Shown in pieces: positions 62,847 to 64,000 of a stretch of DNA of 64,000 nt; position 1 is the first letter of the stretch, and every line of letters starts with the position of its first letter. The notes under the pieces are model-generated. The model was not told where the DNA came from, made no database searches, and saw nothing but the letters and a program-made list of their open reading frames with translations. The position numbers were made by a program, and so were the translations under genes. The DNA is from Myxococcales bacterium (GTDB taxonomy: Bacteria > Myxococcota > UBA727 > VGSZ01), in the NCBI GenBank assembly GCA_023248635.1, contig JAHFED010000010.1, positions 13,275-77,274 of the forward strand. Reading direction: 5' to 3'.

Positions 62847-64000
62847 GGCGACTCCGTCGTATCTTTGGTGGCCGCTGTATCGGCGGTTTTTTCGGTCTTT
62901 GTGTTGGGCCGTGCCAACGGCTCAACCATCGGCACTTTGATCTGGGCTTTGCGGGCTTCACGCAGCGCTCTGGCCCGGTCGGCGGTGGATTCACCTTTGC
63001 CGAGGCCGGCCTCGAGCACCTCGCGGATCTTGGCGAACTCCTCGTCGAAAGCGTACTGGTGGCGACGGGCGGCGCCGGCGACGACGAGCTCGATGTTGCC
63101 GTCGGCCAGGGTGACGAAGCGGGCCCAATAGCGGCGGTGGCTGAGAAAGAACGCCGTGAACATGCCGGCAAACAAGATGATGAAACCGACGAAAACAAAG
63201 GGGATGAAGGGCACGCGACCAACCTGGATGCCGGTGGCGTAGAGCTGATCGAAGCCGTGGAACTGCACGTCGTAGGCGCCGCGGCGCACTTCACGATCGA
63301 AATCCGGGTAGCTGCGGAACACGATGAACGACGTCGACTTGCTGCCGCCCGGTGCCCTGGGATCGGGGGTCACCTGCTGAACGCGCACCGCGGGTCCGAG
63401 GCCGGCCATCTCGGGAATGGTCTCGATGGCCAAGAACTCGGTGCCGTCTTCCATGGCGACCTTTTCGCCGATGGCGACGTCGTAGGTGCGCCGCTGGCCG
63501 CCGCGGGGGCCGATGTCGAGCTTCACGCGTTGATCGCCTGGAATCGGATTGTACGATGCCTGGTAGAAGGTGTAGCCTTTGTATTCCAGTGGATCGTTGA
63601 CTTGAATGGTCTTTTTCAAGACAGGATTTACCGGGCTGTCGCGATCCCACACCGAGAGGTCGGACTCGAACTCCATGGGAGCGCCGTCGATGAAGGTCTT
63701 GAGCCGGAAATCGTCGCAGCGCACCTCGAAGCCGAGGTCGTGGGTGTAGGGAAGGCGTCCGGGTCCCCACACGCGCACCAGCCGGGCGTTCTTGCCCTCG
63801 CTGATCATCATCATCCCGTCGATCTTGGTGAAATTCACCAGGATTCCACCGCTGAAAATACAGACCAAACCTGCGTGGATGACATATACACCAAATCGAG
63901 CGAAGCGGTGACGTTCCAAGAAGTGATACGTCGTCGTATCGCGCACGTCCTCCATCGCGCGTTTGCCAAAGATGGCCCTGACCACGCGCTGGGCCTTGGG
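62843..64000 (-). CDS. ccsB: Cytochrome c biogenesis protein ResB/CcsB (Ccs1), 5'-partial (the N-terminus lies beyond the window end).
   Basis: ResB-family C-terminal region (KGYTFYQASY...; C-terminal TM FIPFVFVGFIILFAGMF). The reading frame stays open upstream of 63985 to the window edge. Confidence 0.8.
   Translation of the reverse strand, partial: PKAQRVVRAIFGKRAMEDVRDTTTYHFLERHRFARFGVYVIHAGLVCIFSGGILVNFTKIDGMMMISEGKNARLVRVWGPGRLPYTHDLGFEVRCDDFRLKTFIDGAPMEFESDLSVWDRDSPVNPVLKKTIQVNDPLEYKGYTFYQASYNPIPGDQRVKLDIGPRGGQRRTYDVAIGEKVAMEDGTEFLAIETIPEMAGLGPAVRVQQVTPDPRAPGGSKSTSFIVFRSYPDFDREVRRGAYDVQFHGFDQLYATGIQVGRVPFIPFVFVGFIILFAGMFTAFFLSHRRYWARFVTLADGNIELVVAGAARRHQYAFDEEFAKIREVLEAGLGKGESTADRARALREARKAQIKVPMVEPLARPNTKTEKTADTAATKDTTESP

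Overview
This is a high-GC (about 70%) chromosomal segment, very likely from a myxobacterium. The evidence is two proteins ending in MYXO-CTERM-type sorting tails (a Cys, then a hydrophobic stretch, then an RRRR tract), several eukaryotic-like Ser/Thr kinases with transmembrane/TPR or FGE domains, an OmpA protein with thrombospondin type-3 repeats, and a PEGA-domain protein.

Housekeeping genes are interleaved with accessory genes. The housekeeping set includes lepA and lepB, recG, glnE, an S1-domain protein, apt, tRNA-Pro(GGG), tldD and pmbA, a THX-like small ribosomal protein, rimI, engB, and ccsA with resB. The accessory set includes a stand-alone single-module NRPS (C-A-T-TE), a receptor-like kinase carrying an FGE-sulfatase domain with degenerate catalytic motifs, a small frameshifted Cys-rich lipoprotein gene, a lipoprotein with tandem retropepsin domains fused into the tldD/pmbA operon, two tandem DUF4140/DUF4139 paralogs followed by a hybrid histidine kinase, surface proteins (beta-helix/collagen-like, LAS-fold peptidase-like) and a GMC oxidoreductase pair.

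A family of intergenic hairpin repeats occurs at four loci and fills the lepA-lepB spacer. A second palindromic tandem repeat sits in a divergent kinase/PEGA promoter region.

Many listed plus-strand ORFs (for example 505..2238) are antisense shadow ORFs of minus-strand genes; this is expected at this GC content. Genes that run off the window edge (1..2468 minus, 62843..64000 minus) are partial.
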